Assembly: GCA_001179505.1 (NCBI GenBank)
Contig: CDMY01000271.1
Location: 62,001 to 126,000, forward strand
Length of the DNA: 64,000 bases
Reading direction: 5' to 3'
From: Vitrella brassicaformis CCMP3155
Lineage: Eukaryota; Protista; Chromerida
Shown: one piece after another, positions 24,248-36,896 of the stretch
How the letters are laid out: the number at the start of each line of letters is the position of its first letter
How positions within the stretch are numbered: position 1 is the stretch's first letter
Notes under the pieces: model-generated
Seen by the model: only the letters and a program-made list of their open reading frames with translations
Told to the model about the DNA's origin: nothing
Databases searched by the model: none
Made by a program: the position numbers and the translations under genes

Positions 24248-26458
24248 TGGAGGCGGCGAGGTTACCTTCTACATCTTCGTGTGAGCCTCACTCACTTTGT
24301 TCCAGATTGCGCACGCAATGGAGAGGATAAGCGATTGCGCGGCGATTAACGACTGCTCTTGGGCATTGATGAGTCCCCTCAGCCTCGGTGGTGTGCCCGT
24401 CTGCAGAATCTGGCTCTGTCCAATGTCGAAGGCATACAGACCGAGACGCGACATCACCACACACACGAGAAAACAGAGCCCCAGCCACGACTAACCCGAC
24501 ACACCACACACCCCATAAGTGAGAACCGCCCCTCGATGTGGCCCTGTGCGCCAACCTACCCGTATGGTGGGCATTGCGGAGAAGAAGATCATTGCCACAG
24601 TGAGGCTGGTCCCTTCGATCAGGAGACAGCCCCATGACGTTTTTGCCACGCCCCACATGCCAGACACCAAAGGGAACAGCAACGTGCCAGTAACACCTGC
24701 CAAACACCCAACACATACGTACACGTACAAGTAGCCATCGTGGCAACGGCCAATATGTCCAATTGCCCATACCCGCGATCGCCCCAGCGGATCTGGCGAG
24801 GCCGACCTCATCTTCCGGCAGCCCCTGGCTCCTCAGCCACGCCAGAAACATCGATGATGAACCCATCACGTTGAAATACAAAAGAACCACAGCTATCACG
24901 GGCAGCAACATCTGCACATTTAAGGGACACCACAGGAAGGGCACAGCACCATCGAGGGTCCTTGGTGTTTCATCTATCTATCAGGTCTCCTTTGCTAACC
25001 GGTGACCTCAGCAGCACCCGACAGTTGTTGCAGAGTCCGAACAGCGGCAGCCTGTGCATCCACCCCACCATGAAAAGGCAGCAGTTCCTCGACTGTGGCT
25101 CCTCCTCGACGTCGCGGGCTTCAGGAGAGCTTTCACCGTGCGCCTCAACATCGGCGGACCTACAGTGACACCACACACCAAAACACCATTCCTGCGCCGT
25201 ATTACGACTCTGTCTTCTTGCGTGCTCGTGGATTCTCTCACCTTTGCAGGAGGTGTTCCTTTTCGGAATAGACCCACCTGATGTCACAGCCAGAAGCCAA
25301 TACAGTACCATGCACCGTGCAATCGTTTTCTCCGTCGGTTACGGCCCACCCACCTGAGCAACAGATATTCGAGAATGAACGATCCGGCGTTGACACCGAC
25401 GACGGCCAGGTACGCCACAGACAGGTTCGTGAAGACCATAACCAGACCTGCCACCACTGGACACCCAATGTCGTTAATCTGAAGAGCGAGGGAAGAGCAC
25501 GTGCTTGTTCACAGGCAGTCACCGAGTCACCGATTCCGCTCACCAGGTCCAGCCTTTGCATCCAGCTGTTGAGTCGCGTTAAGCTGGCCTGACGCTCTCG
25601 GCCTGGTAGAGACGTGAGTAGAGACAGACAGACACTGTCCCATCTCTTCATTCATGCGGATGGTCATTCCCTACCCTCCGTGTATGCCAGTGCCATCTGT
25701 GGAACCCAGTCGCGACACACGGCTATGCCACGCACAGTCGCAGCTACCTGCACCACAACAGTCCAGAAATAAGGACATATGCGCCACCGCTCCTTCCGCT
25801 GCGTGCCCGTACCTCCATCATGGCTGCTCCAGTGAACAGCAGAACCACGGCGCTCCATAACCTATCCACCCACACACACGCACGCTCTCATCAGACATCC
25901 CACTGACGTTGTCGCCACCTCCTCCATTCCATACCACATCTTGACCAGCGGTTCCTTGGCGCATTCGAGTGCCTCTGCAATCGACTCTGGTCTGCTGGGT
26001 GGCGGGTGGGGGCCGTGAGGTCCGGGCGCGGCGACTGGTCCCTCACGCTGGAATAGCAGGAAGGAGAAGACAGCGTAGCTCGACATGACCGTTGCGAGGA
26101 TCTCTGCGCCGATCGAGGCGGTCACGATGCTCAGCCTGGAAAGAGAGAAAGGCACACAGACATGCTTCGTCCACGAGAAAGCCCTGTTTCTGTTGTACCT
26201 GTTGTGGCGCACAATTGAATCGGCGAAGCACGGTGTCATCAACCTGAAGGCAGGCACACAGATGGACACCTACTCACTCAGCTCTGTGAGGGTTCTCACT
26301 GACAGTTTGCCGATGTTTTGCGAGAAAGCATACAAGGCGACAACGAGTAGGCTCCCAGGGAAAAGGGCATACAACAGCAGGGGGATGGAAAACATCCACG
26401 TGCGGTCACCGAACCGCGTCAGAAAGTGGGAGATCAGCAACACAGTCTCTCCGGCCAT
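23966..26458 (-). CDS. SLC40A1: Ferroportin/IREG iron (divalent metal) exporter
   Basis: SHFLTRFGDRTWMFSIPLLL (TM1 GDRxWxF), RDWV, LTRLNSWMQRLDL, LYFNVMG..WLRSQGL and SRLGLYAFD..Q.LQT...RG.INAQ. Confidence 0.9.
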
Positions 26459-26621
26459 TCTCAGAGATTAATGATATCCTTGGCCCTGCACCGCTGTCAG
26501 CGCCGAGGCCAGATCACCAAGGAATCAACACACATATAGACTTCGTTCCACAGCTGTCAGCTCGCAAGCGTCTGCGAGCTTAGCGCAACGAAGAGTGAGC
26601 GCGGGCGCTTCAGGTCAGGAG

Positions 26622-27392
26622 ATGAAGGCGGCGCACAGAACAAGTAGCTATAGCTACATCGGTCGCAAGCTGGGCAGCTTTGCCAATCGAGTTGTGTATG
26701 CGCCGACTGCATCTGCTGATCTGGAGCGCAAGAAGGCCGAGGCGGAAGCTGACGTCGCCTGGTCCCCGGGGCAGGCAGACAAGACCAATGAGAGGTGCGC
26801 GCAGCATGGCATGAATGGCAGAGTCGAGTAACGAGAATCAAGCTGTGATGGACTGCACTCACCTTGTTGGATGTAGGTTTAGTCCATTGCGTGGAGGCGT
26901 CGCGTCGGCCGTGAAGAACACCTTGCCCCAGCGGAGCAATACGCCAGTGTCCAGTGTCTCGACATCAGATGGAGCGGTGAGTCTGGCAGAGCACTGACCA
27001 TAACGCATTGTCACTGGTTGCACTGTGTCTATCCTTTGTGTGTGTGTGTGCTGCAGTCGGTTGCATCTGATTCGGCCTCAACGGGACACATCCACGTCCA
27101 CCAGCCCGACGGCAAGGCCATCCGCCTGCCTCAATCTGCCATCATAATGGAGCGCATGTGGGACGCGACGTACCTCAAGACCCCGGTGGTCGGCATCCTG
27201 GACACGATCATGCAGTACTCCTTGCTGTTCGTGCCGAGGCCCGATAGGTGGTTTCGAGGCACCCGCTGCCCCTTTTTGGCCATGTGGACCTCCGAGTGCA
27301 CCGCACCATGCGTTTTCCGTGGTCCGCAAACTACGGGCCGGTGGACGACAGTGATGGCGATGGACGAGTGTGCCGAGAGGATGGCCCGGTGA
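26622..27392 (+). CDS. Hypothetical protein (3-4 exons)
   Basis: In-frame splicing MKAAHRTSS..KTNE/SPLRGG..DGA/SVASDS..HIHVHQPDGKAIRLPQSAIIMERMWDATYLKTPVVGILDTIMQYSLLF. No family recognised; the 3' end is uncertain. Confidence 0.55.
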
Positions 27393-27944
27393 GTCAAAGC
27401 AGGGATGCAGACGCTCATCATGTCATTTCTTCACTCGTTCATCTGTGTCGTGTTATCACGTCAGGGTGAGGCCGCCGAACCCGTATGACTGGTGACGTGA
27501 TCCAAGCAAGGGGATGGGATGCCTGACTAAGGTGCATGTGCAGAGTTTCTTTAGTGATTGTCGTGTGCTCTGTCTTGGCGAAGAGTGTGGTCGCCAGTGT
27601 GGCCTGGTAGTGCGGCACCTTCGGGCGAGCATCTTTTTGCTCACTCGCATGCTGTGCCTTCGGGCTGACGGCGGCCAGACAGTCGCTCTGACAGACGTGA
27701 GATAGCGTGATATGTGATGATGCATGCTGCTTTTTTCTCTTCGTCATTGATTGTCCCTGCGAGCCTTGGAACGACTGCTGTAGCATATCAGTGTGAAGCT
27801 TATGACTCACACACCATGTTTGTCTGTCTATCTGCCCGTTTGTCTGTTTGTCTGTCTTCTGTTGTGCATGTACATACATACATACATTTTGAGGGCGACT
27901 GACTGGCTGTGAAAGACACGAGGCATTGAAGTGATCATCACACG

Positions 27945-29406
27945 ATGAAAGCGTCTCTTGTGTCATGCACTGTCTGCCTGTTGGCCTGCCTCGGCGCTGT
28001 GTCGGCTCTGCGCCGCCTCGTGCCGTCGGTGTCCATCCCCACACGAAAGATCGAGCGTATTGTCTTCAGCAAGTTCTTGTACTCCGAGGAGAAGAACTGC
28101 ACGAAGCAGCAAGTGAGTCCCGACAGAGAGCTGAAATTCAGCTTTGTCAGTCAGGACATCGCAGGTGAGTGAATACAGTGGCGAAGAAAGACATCTGTCG
28201 TCCGTCTGAGTGTCTGTTGGTCTGTGTGTCTCCGTGCTGTTTGTGCAGGGTGGCACAGTGGCTACGTGGAGGGCGGCGACAAGGCTGTTTACCATCTGGG
28301 CTCTGAGGACATGTTCTACAAGAAAGTAAGGGACCATCGCATCCAGCTACACATCCATACACGCACAAGAACAGACGGTTACTGCACCGTCGATCTGCTT
28401 TGTGCGTGCGCGTGTGTGTGTCTCGTCTGCAGCCCAAGATCAGCCCCCTCATGCCTGTGCCACAGATTGTCTCCGCCGCATCGCTCCGCAAGGCCATCAT
28501 CCTCCGCAACTTCCAGTGCCCGTCGGCACACGTCTCCGTGGACGTCGCACTCGGCGCGCCGGGTGCCGTCAAGGCGGGAGCCGTCGGGCTTGTGCTGCGA
28601 GTGAGCATCCATGTGAAGCAAAGCCAATCGAGACACATTGTCTGCGTGTGTTGCGCGGCAGGCATACGACACAGAGAACTTCTTTGTCATCATGATCAAC
28701 ATCAATGCTGTATGTATGCGGGACTCACAAACGGAAGCATGTCGGCCGCCACCGGTGTCTGTGTCTCTCTGCAGGTCGAGTTGTATCAAGTGGTGGACGG
28801 CGAGGCGACTGTTCTGGACACCAAGAAGAAGTGGGGCGACGGAAGAGAAGTTCAGCTCCAAGGTCAGGCAGGCATTCAGAGAGAGAGCGACCCACTTGTT
28901 GCTGTGCGGATGTGTGTAGGCTATCCCCAGTTCTACCGATTGGTTCTCGATGACGACTTAGGCGACGTTACGGTGTCGCTCACGAGCCTCCAGGAGGGCG
29001 TGCAACAGGACCTCAACTACACACGACCCCAACAATCACCCTCGGAACTCGCCAACCCGAAGGTAAGACACATAGCTCCAGAAGACACGAAAGATGACCG
29101 GTTGTGTCTCGATCCGTCAGAATCTCCCTCTGCCTCCGTGTATCTCTGTCAGGCTCAGGCGATTGGTCTTGTGACTTCGAATGGCGGCGGCTCGTTCAAG
29201 AAGCTGTCTGTGGAACCGATCGGTGAAAAACTATGTACCCATCTCATCCATCCTCAGTCCTTGCTCGGGTTGCATGTGTGTCGATGCATGCAGACTACGA
29301 GGCGCTGTTGCCTCCCAATCCGCCCCAAGTGACGCCTGCGCCCTTCAGCATTTCTGGCGGCGGCAAACAGGGCCTACACCCAGAGAGTGGCACGGATTAC
29401 TGGTAA
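27945..29406 (+). CDS. Secreted beta-sandwich protein, ConA/LamG-like
   Basis: Signal peptide MKASLVSCTVCLLACLGAVSA. Spliced GLVLRAYDTENFFVIMIN, VELYQVVDGEATVL and YRLVLDDDLGDVTVSL resemble ConA-like strands. Ends ESGTDYW*. Confidence 0.65.
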
Positions 29407-29914
29407 CAGCAGCGCCAACGCAGCAGACTGAAAGTCGAATGGAAAGACGTTGATTGGTTGCCTTGTGTGTGTGCAGTCCCCCTGGCGCTCTCTGTGCTCC
29501 CGAACCTTACAAAGCCTTCCATGTCGATTAAGTGATCACCAGGACAGTGTCGCGTCACATACAGACATGCAGTGACTGAGCAGCAGCCAATCACCATTCA
29601 AGCGCATCATGTAAGTGTTCACGTCTCCTCTACGCTCTTCTTCTACACGCACCCATCTATTCAGCCACCCATCTATTCAGCCACCCATCTATTCATGTGA
29701 AGCTACCGATCCATCGATGCAATGCCATACGCGACACACACGCAGATTCGCCGAGCTGCATCATCACACATGCTGCAGGTACAATCGTTCGTGCCTCACT
29801 TGCCATGTATTGAGTCTTCCTCGCCGGAGCTCCTTCAACTTGGCCCCGGCCCCAAAAAATGGCGAACTTCCCCTCGGCCCCCTCTTGAAGCTGTGTGAAG
29901 GAAATCAGTGCAAG

Positions 29915-32900
29915 ATGCAGCGCCCCCCCGCCACACGTTGGGAGCCCAAGACGATGATGGGGAAGGGCAAGAAGCCTCTATCGCCCGAGGACGATAGCGA
30001 GGACGAACAGCCCCCTCCCCCTTCCTTTCCNNNNNNNNNNNNNNNNNNNNNNNNNNNNNNNNNNNNNNNNNNNNNNNNNNNNNNNNNNNNNNNNNNNNNN
30101 NNNNNNNNNNNNNNNNNNNNNNNNNNNNNNNNNNNNNNNNNNNNNNNNNNNNNNNNNNNNNNNNNNNNNNNNNNNNNNNNNNNNNNNNNNNNNNNNNNNN
30201 NNNNNNNNNNNNNNNNNNNNNNNNNNNNNNNNNNNNNNNNNNNNNNNNNNNNNNNNNNNNNNNNNNNNNNNNNNNNNNNNNNNNNNNNNNNNNNNNNNNN
30301 NNNNNNNNNNNNNNNNNNNNNNNNNNNNNNCCCCCCCCGGCCCAGCCTTCTCCTCCCCCGTCACCTCCCTCTCCCGTCCCCTGCCTCCCCCTGACGGGCT
30401 TATCCCATCCCCCATCACACATACCCACTCCCCACCCCGTCGACGACGACCTGATAGGCTGTTTGGATTTGCTCCAGTGTCTGTTTCTGGTTGTGGCTCA
30501 GACCGAGGTGATGAAGAGTATCCTGGACATGGACATGCCACCATGTGCAGCAAAAGAACTCCAACATCCACGCGACCACAAGTGAGGAAGAATGAAGGAG
30601 ACATGTACGAGCACATAATCCTGGCAAGTGAAATGTGTGTCTGTCTGCATAGCTCTCACCATTCTGGTACACTCTTCAGTCGCTCTAGCGATATGGAGGC
30701 AAAGGGGACTCGAGAGAGCCGGAAGAAGGATTTCGTGACGACAATTGAGAAGTGAGACATCAAACACATCTAGTTGTGTGTGGTGTGTATATCATCTGTT
30801 TTTCTCCATCCAGAGCAAAGCAAATTGCCGTTCGGTTCCTTCGTCAGCTGACGTTGAAATTGGATGAGTATCAAGCCGGTCAGACGATTGATACATTCTA
30901 TCCACAGCTCAAAGACAGCGAACGACAGTCTCATCAGAAGGAGCGGGAGTCTTGGGAGGACAAGTCATCAAGCACTTCATTCGGGAAAGTGATGGACTTC
31001 ATCTTGAGGCATTCTTCCTACTGGGATCGTAAGCAGAGGACTATTGATGCAAGCCTACTGTGTCTCGCCTGCATCTTTCCTTTATTTCACTCTCTGCATC
31101 TGCATCAGTTCAATACTCAGACTCTCTTGAGGAACGTCTTGAAAACCGAATTCGACGGATGGGCGGGGTTTTTCCAAGCAACAACATGGAAGACGACCTG
31201 AAGGCCCTTCTTCGGGCATACTTCTTGTTGTCCGAGCGCTTTGTACGGCTCGTGAGCTATTCAAGCGAAAGGGCTATTCAAGAGAAGAACATGGACTTCA
31301 GAGTTCAAGAAACAATAGTCGTTCGCCAGCCAGCCAATGTCACCAAAGAGATGATCGCCAGGGATCAGGCGGAGCTCAGAAAGCCAGCTCCCGCCCCTTC
31401 TTTCTTAGCTGGGACTGCGGGGGACCTAAAGGGTGATCTGGCGCGCCCTCTGCGACGATCGAGTTGTGTTGAAGATGCTAGAGGACAGCTGGCGGCTATG
31501 GAGGTTATCCTTCAAGACAGGAACCGTGACCAGCTTAATCGTCAGAGTGATGATCAGCCGCTCACCTATCGATCCTGCCAGCCAGTAAGCAGGAGAGAGA
31601 GGCAGATGCGAGAATGCGCATCTGATCACTTAAAGCGTGTCTCTCGATGTTTAGGCTGTGGATGCGTTAAGAGGACGCTCCTATACAGCCGGGGAGAGCA
31701 TGTTGCGTTGGCAGCTTCAGATGTTCGACAAAGCATCGCGGTCCACTTCTCGACTGCAGCCTGAGACACCTGCTATGGAGACAGCAAAGGACTTGTTCTC
31801 CGTGGCACTGCCGGCAGCTGTGGTGTTCGCCAGAAGTCCGTCTCTGCCTCCGCTGGAGTCAGTGATAGCGGCTGCTTCAATAGGAAAGGTAGCTCCGTCA
31901 GCGCAGAACAAAAAAGAATGCAGACGGGGATACAGCGACGCCAATCACTGCGTCTCATCCTTTCTTCACTGCTCTGTTTTCGTTCAGAATGCGCCTGAGG
32001 AAGATACGGACGCTCACCCACCTTCGCTGCAGGCAAGTGATGTGTGCCTACCGCTCAGTGTGCGGCGTGCGATGCTCGTTTCCGGCTTGTCACTGGAGGA
32101 TATCTCGGCGATGCAGGGGCAACAATATGGAGAGGAGAGCGGCCTATCGGACGAAAATACATGGAGACGCCCTCCAAATGTAAGTCACCTCAAAATTAAA
32201 AGAACTGGCTGTCGCACACCATGATTAATTACTGCTGAGTGCTTGTATCAGGCTGGTGTGGTGGAGGAGACACCGGATTGGAATGACGAGATAAATGCCA
32301 AGATTGCAGCGGCGCAAGCAAACAGGGTACGAGAACTAGAGCACGACATCGAGGAGCTGCAGCGTCAGAAAGGGAAGACGGACGAAGAGAACGCGGCCCT
32401 TAAAAACGACATTCGGGCGGTGAAGAATGAGAAGGAGCGGATGGAGACGGACACAAAGAACCTATGGCGGTGTAACAGCGAACTCCGTCAACACCTGGAG
32501 TTGGCCGAGCAGCACGAGAATAATATCAAGGATCTCTTACAGCAAAACAGAACGGCTCTGAGCGAGCAGGTACGGTCCCGGTATCTGAACACTTTAAGCA
32601 CACACTTGTCTATCACTCAAACATTCACTAGCATGCGTCGATTGCCGCGTGTTTGTCCCTTCTTACAGTTCCCACAAGTCCTGCAGAGGATGTCGAGGCT
32701 GGAAGAGAGACACGAGGAACTGAACAACACTGTGATGACTGAACTTCCTCGTCTCAAACCACCCCCCTCCCGCGCAGACGAGAAGCTCACCGAGGTGCTG
32801 CAAAAGCTCTGTCACTTAGAGGATCTCGAGGCCAAGATGACGGACATGCTCGTCAGCATCCACGCGAAGGAAGCCGCCCAGGCATCGAGCCCCACATCAC

Positions 32901-35900
32901 CCCGTAACAAGGCGGTCGTACAAGAAATCGTGAAGGAGCTGCGAACGGAATTCGAGGAGCCGTTACAGAGACTCGGCACTTTCCCGGCCGCCTTCGAGGC
33001 AGAAGTGCAGAAGCTTGGCAAGCTGCATGGCGATATGGAGGGAGTCTTGTGCAGCCAAGCCAACGCTGATGCCATCAAGCCGTCGACTTCCGACAGCAGT
33101 CCGCCCCCGATGACTGATGTGGCCGTTCCCGCCGCGCTAGAGCGAAAAGGATCGTTGTTCAGTGAAGTAGTTGACGCAGAAGCACAGGGAAAGGTAGTTC
33201 AGTCAGACAAGACCCAATAAAAGCCTCATTTATGGATATCGACCTCGCGCTTCATGTCGTGCTTCTGCGCAGTTGAAGGAGGCACAAGAGACCATTGAGA
33301 ATCTCAGAGGAGAACTTGCGCAGGCCGCAGGGCTGAGGGATCGGCTCGAGACCAAGACAGACAAATTGGAGTACAATCCACCATCCTTGAGCCATTGAGA
33401 ATCGAATCGCTCATGGCGTGTGTGTCTCGATCGATGTTCGGTGTGTGTCTTAGGCAAGCGCTGCACGACAGTGAGCTGGAGAGGACAACCGTCTACGGAG
33501 AGTTCTCGAAGCTCAAAGAGTGCATCCAGGACCAAGGCGTAAGGATACAGTTCATGGAACAAGAGCTGGTGGCCACCCGAGAGCGCGATGGGGCCAATGA
33601 AGAAAAACTGCTGTTTGTCATGTCAAAACTGCAGGAAAGGGTTGCATCTCTCACGAAGCGTGTGGCAGAGCTCGATGCTCAGGTAAAAGGTGGAAATGGT
33701 CACTTCTCGAAAGATGTATCATTATATTGCGGTGATTTTTGCTTCATTGTCAGCTTGAAGAGAAAGACGAGGCCCTCAGGAAGGCTCAATTGGAAATTCA
33801 GCGAGAGAAGGAGGCACGCAAGCGGCTGGACGACGAGACACAGCAGCGACTGACAGCGCTTCAAGCCGTCAATGATCGCTGGGACAAGACGCAGACCTTT
33901 GAAGAGCTGGGAGATGGACTCAAGGGAGAGCTGCAGTTCATGCGAGAGGACAAGAAGAAGCTGCAAGAGCAGCACGACAAGCTTGCCACGGAACTAGTTC
34001 AGGTGCGTGCTGATAAGCACTCATGCGACAGGGCTCACAGCGAAACGATGAAGGAGCTCATCGCGGCACGTTCCGAGGCATCCAAGAAGAGCAAGGAGCT
34101 GGAAATCTGCCAGCTTGAGGCTGGTAAGACAGAAAGTCATTGCACTCTCTCGAGTCACTTGTTCTCTTCTTCTTGTCTTTCCCATACAGAGCTTTTGAAA
34201 ACGGAAATGAATGCTGCACTCGCCGAGAGCAAAGGGCTACGCGAGCAGCACGCTGCCGAATTGGGAAAGCTGCGCATGAAGGAGCAGATCCTGGAGCAAC
34301 AGATTGAGCAGATGCAGCAAGAGATGTCGCACGCCAGGGCGGAGAGCGACCGGCAGCTGACAGAGCTGAGAGAGCAGGTCAGTGGACAACATGACTAAAA
34401 CATGATGCACGGGCGATTGGTGGCAATATGTGTGCAGGTCAAGGAAAAGGACTGTGAATTGCAGAAGATGATCGGCGCCTACAAAGCCCTCGAGGAGGAG
34501 AAGGCAGCCCAACAGGCGCACTACACAACGACCCTACACGAACAGGCAACCAAAGGAGAGAGACACGACCACACAGCACAGCCCCAGACATTTTGGCGTT
34601 CTTGTCTGCAGAAAGCCGAGCTACAAGGACAGCTGGTGGCTCTGACCGATCAGCTGAGCAGCGCCGAGGCCGAGAAGGCAGCTTTTGAGGTGAAGCGGGA
34701 TGCCCTGCAGCAGTTGGTGGACAACATGATAATGGAAAAGGACGAGATCGATAGCGAGCTTAAAGACTTGAAACAAAACAGGGTGCAAAGTGACCGACAG
34801 CTGACAGAGTTGGGTACACAGGTCAGCGGGCTACAGGGGGTGAGGCACAATGCAGAATGGATGATTGGTGGCGGTATGCTGCAGGTCAACGAGAAAGACG
34901 CTGAACTGCGGAAGATGGCCGAGGCTTACAAAGCCCTCGAGGAGAAGGCAGCCCAGGAAGCGCGGCACACTAACACCCTCAACCAACAGGTTAGTAACCA
35001 AATGAGAGAGGCAAATGGCAACAAGAGAGCGATCGGCATCCTTCATCGATGGTCGTGTTCATAATGTATATTCCTGTGGGTTGGTGTCTCGTCTTTTTTC
35101 CGTTATCATGTCAGCTCAAAAAGACCTTTGAAGGGCTGGCAGATGGCCTCAAGGGAGAGCTGCACTCCATGCGAGAGGACAAGGCCAAGCTGCAAGAGCA
35201 AAACGACAAGCTTGCCGCGGAACTAGCTCAAGTGCGTGCTGATGAGCATTCAGGTGACAAGGCTCACAGCGAAACGATGAAGGAGCTTATGGCGGCGCGT
35301 GTTGAGGCATCCAACAAGAGCAAAGAGATTGCTGATATCACCGCGCAGCTGGACAAGTGCCAGCTTGAACCTGGTAAGACAGAAAGCAGTCATTCTTTCT
35401 CGACTCACTGTTGTCTTCTTCTTACTGTCTTTCATATTCAGAGCGGGTGAGAACAGACACTCGAGCGACGGAGGAGGCTGCAGCCAACATCGACGCACTA
35501 CAGAAGCAGAATCAAGTGGGCGAAAAGGATTAAGTACTCACTGCATATCATCTTGTGGCTCTCGTCCCTCTTTTCAGGATCTGAGAAGCCGTGAGGTTGC
35601 CAGGAAGAGTGAGAGAGACGCGGCCATGCAGGACCTCGAGCGCGTCAACAAGACAGAGGTGAGCATGGTGCATTGGTCAAAGGTGGAAGCGTGGGCAAAG
35701 GCATGTCTGTATCATGGCTCTCACGTATGCAGGAGGCCACTCGCAAGCACAATGAAGAGCTCAAGAAGAAGATTAAGGAAATGAGCGAGGAGATGAAGAT
35801 CCTCAACGACCGCCATCAGCGACCCAACGTACGAAACAAGACGCTTCATGGGCTTCCCTGCATGTCAATCATCCCTCCTGTCTGGTGTTGTTGTGTCGGC

Positions 35901-36521
35901 GGTACAGGAGGAGAGCACGCAGACTTTTGAACAGCTGGCAGACAACCTGAACTCCATGCGAGATGAGGGTAAGAACGCAGGCATGCTTGCACACATCTGC
36001 CAGCAGCCGCTGCTTTTGCCTTCCATACACACATACAGCAAAAGCATTCTGCCTTCTCATGTCTGTCTCTGACTGCAGTCAAGAATCGTTTGGAGGATAT
36101 CGTGCGGGTGCTCAACAGTCACACGCATCATAACGGGTCGAGCAGGCCTGAGCAATCTGTAAGTGAAAGGCTCTCAGCACGCACTTGCTTCACATGCTTC
36201 CATTTCATTTCAGGCTGAGCTGCGTTCGATATTGAGGGAATTGTCGAGTGAGGACATCGAGGAGAAAAGCAGAATGGCTGCATTTCTCCTCTGGAAGAGC
36301 GATCCCCACAGACACGCCGACGAGGAGAAAAACTATTTTGAGGTACGGGAAGGCGAGATGGAGGATCAATCTGCCGTTTCTTGCCTTACCTTCACCTGCA
36401 TGGACTTGTGCAGGCAAAAGCGAACGTGCTCCAGAGTATAATTCTTGATCGTCTGAAGCTTTCTCCTGAGCTGAGAGTGTTGTCGCAGCGTGAGGGGAGG
36501 GGGGAGGGGGCTAGCCCATAA
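29915..36521 (+). CDS. Large multi-exon protein: Pro-rich N-terminus, unknown globular domain, long C-terminal coiled coil with internal repeats
   Basis: Exons splice in frame from MQRPPATRW across the gap 30031-30330, through ..ELRKPAPAP..DDQPLTYR.., to heptad-rich exons 32260-36521. The start is uncertain. Confidence 0.65.
30031..30330. other. Assembly gap (300 N)
   Basis: N run between C-rich, Pro-coding flanks. Confidence 0.95.
30884..31042 (+). repeat. 159-bp direct repeat, copy 1 (copy 2 at 37861-38019)
   Basis: Only 2 mismatches seen between the copies. Confidence 0.92.
33890..35340 (+). repeat. Intragenic exon-level duplications in the coiled-coil gene
   Basis: TFEEL.DGLKGEL..MREDK block at ~33890-34120 and ~35120-35340; SDRQLTEL..Q/V.EKD.EL.KM..AYKALEE block at ~34340-34520 and ~34785-34960. 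Confidence 0.85.
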
Positions 36522-36847
36522 GTCGTATCGGACGTATTGTTGTAAGGAAAGAAACGCTTCGGACGAGATCTCAGCCAGCAATCTCGTTGCTTGAATCTCC
36601 CTTAATATCATCTGCAGACACTATCTTAACCTCAACTGACACTTGAATCATGTCTCACACAATGCACCTCACTCCTTTCTTTTTTGCACTTCCTGCTCAA
36701 AAATGCGTCCCTTGATCAGAAAAAGTCTCTTTCCCACCCTGACACGTGCAATGATCCCCCATTTTCTTTGCCATCGCGACATACGGAAAATGTGGAAGCG
36801 TCTGTTCTTGTACATCTGTATCTCTGCATATATGGTGAGGACAGCCG

Positions 36848-36891
<44 letters not shown>

Positions 36892-36896
36892 TGTGT

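Noticed and set aside
26459-26520. Iron-responsive element in the ferroportin 5'UTR
   Set aside because: Only a weak stem with an ACAG loop; no CAGUGN loop with bulged C.
28400-29332. 310-aa ORF (and its 237-aa inverted twin at 36669-37382)
   Set aside because: Read-through of several introns; the true product is spliced and the twin is a truncated duplicate.
31100-31201. QTLLRNVLKTEFDGW as a Rai1-like helix continuing ORF 30752-31201
   Set aside because: The donor at ~31029 is phase 1 and leads into the other frame (LQYSDSLEERL...), so this frame is probably not translated.
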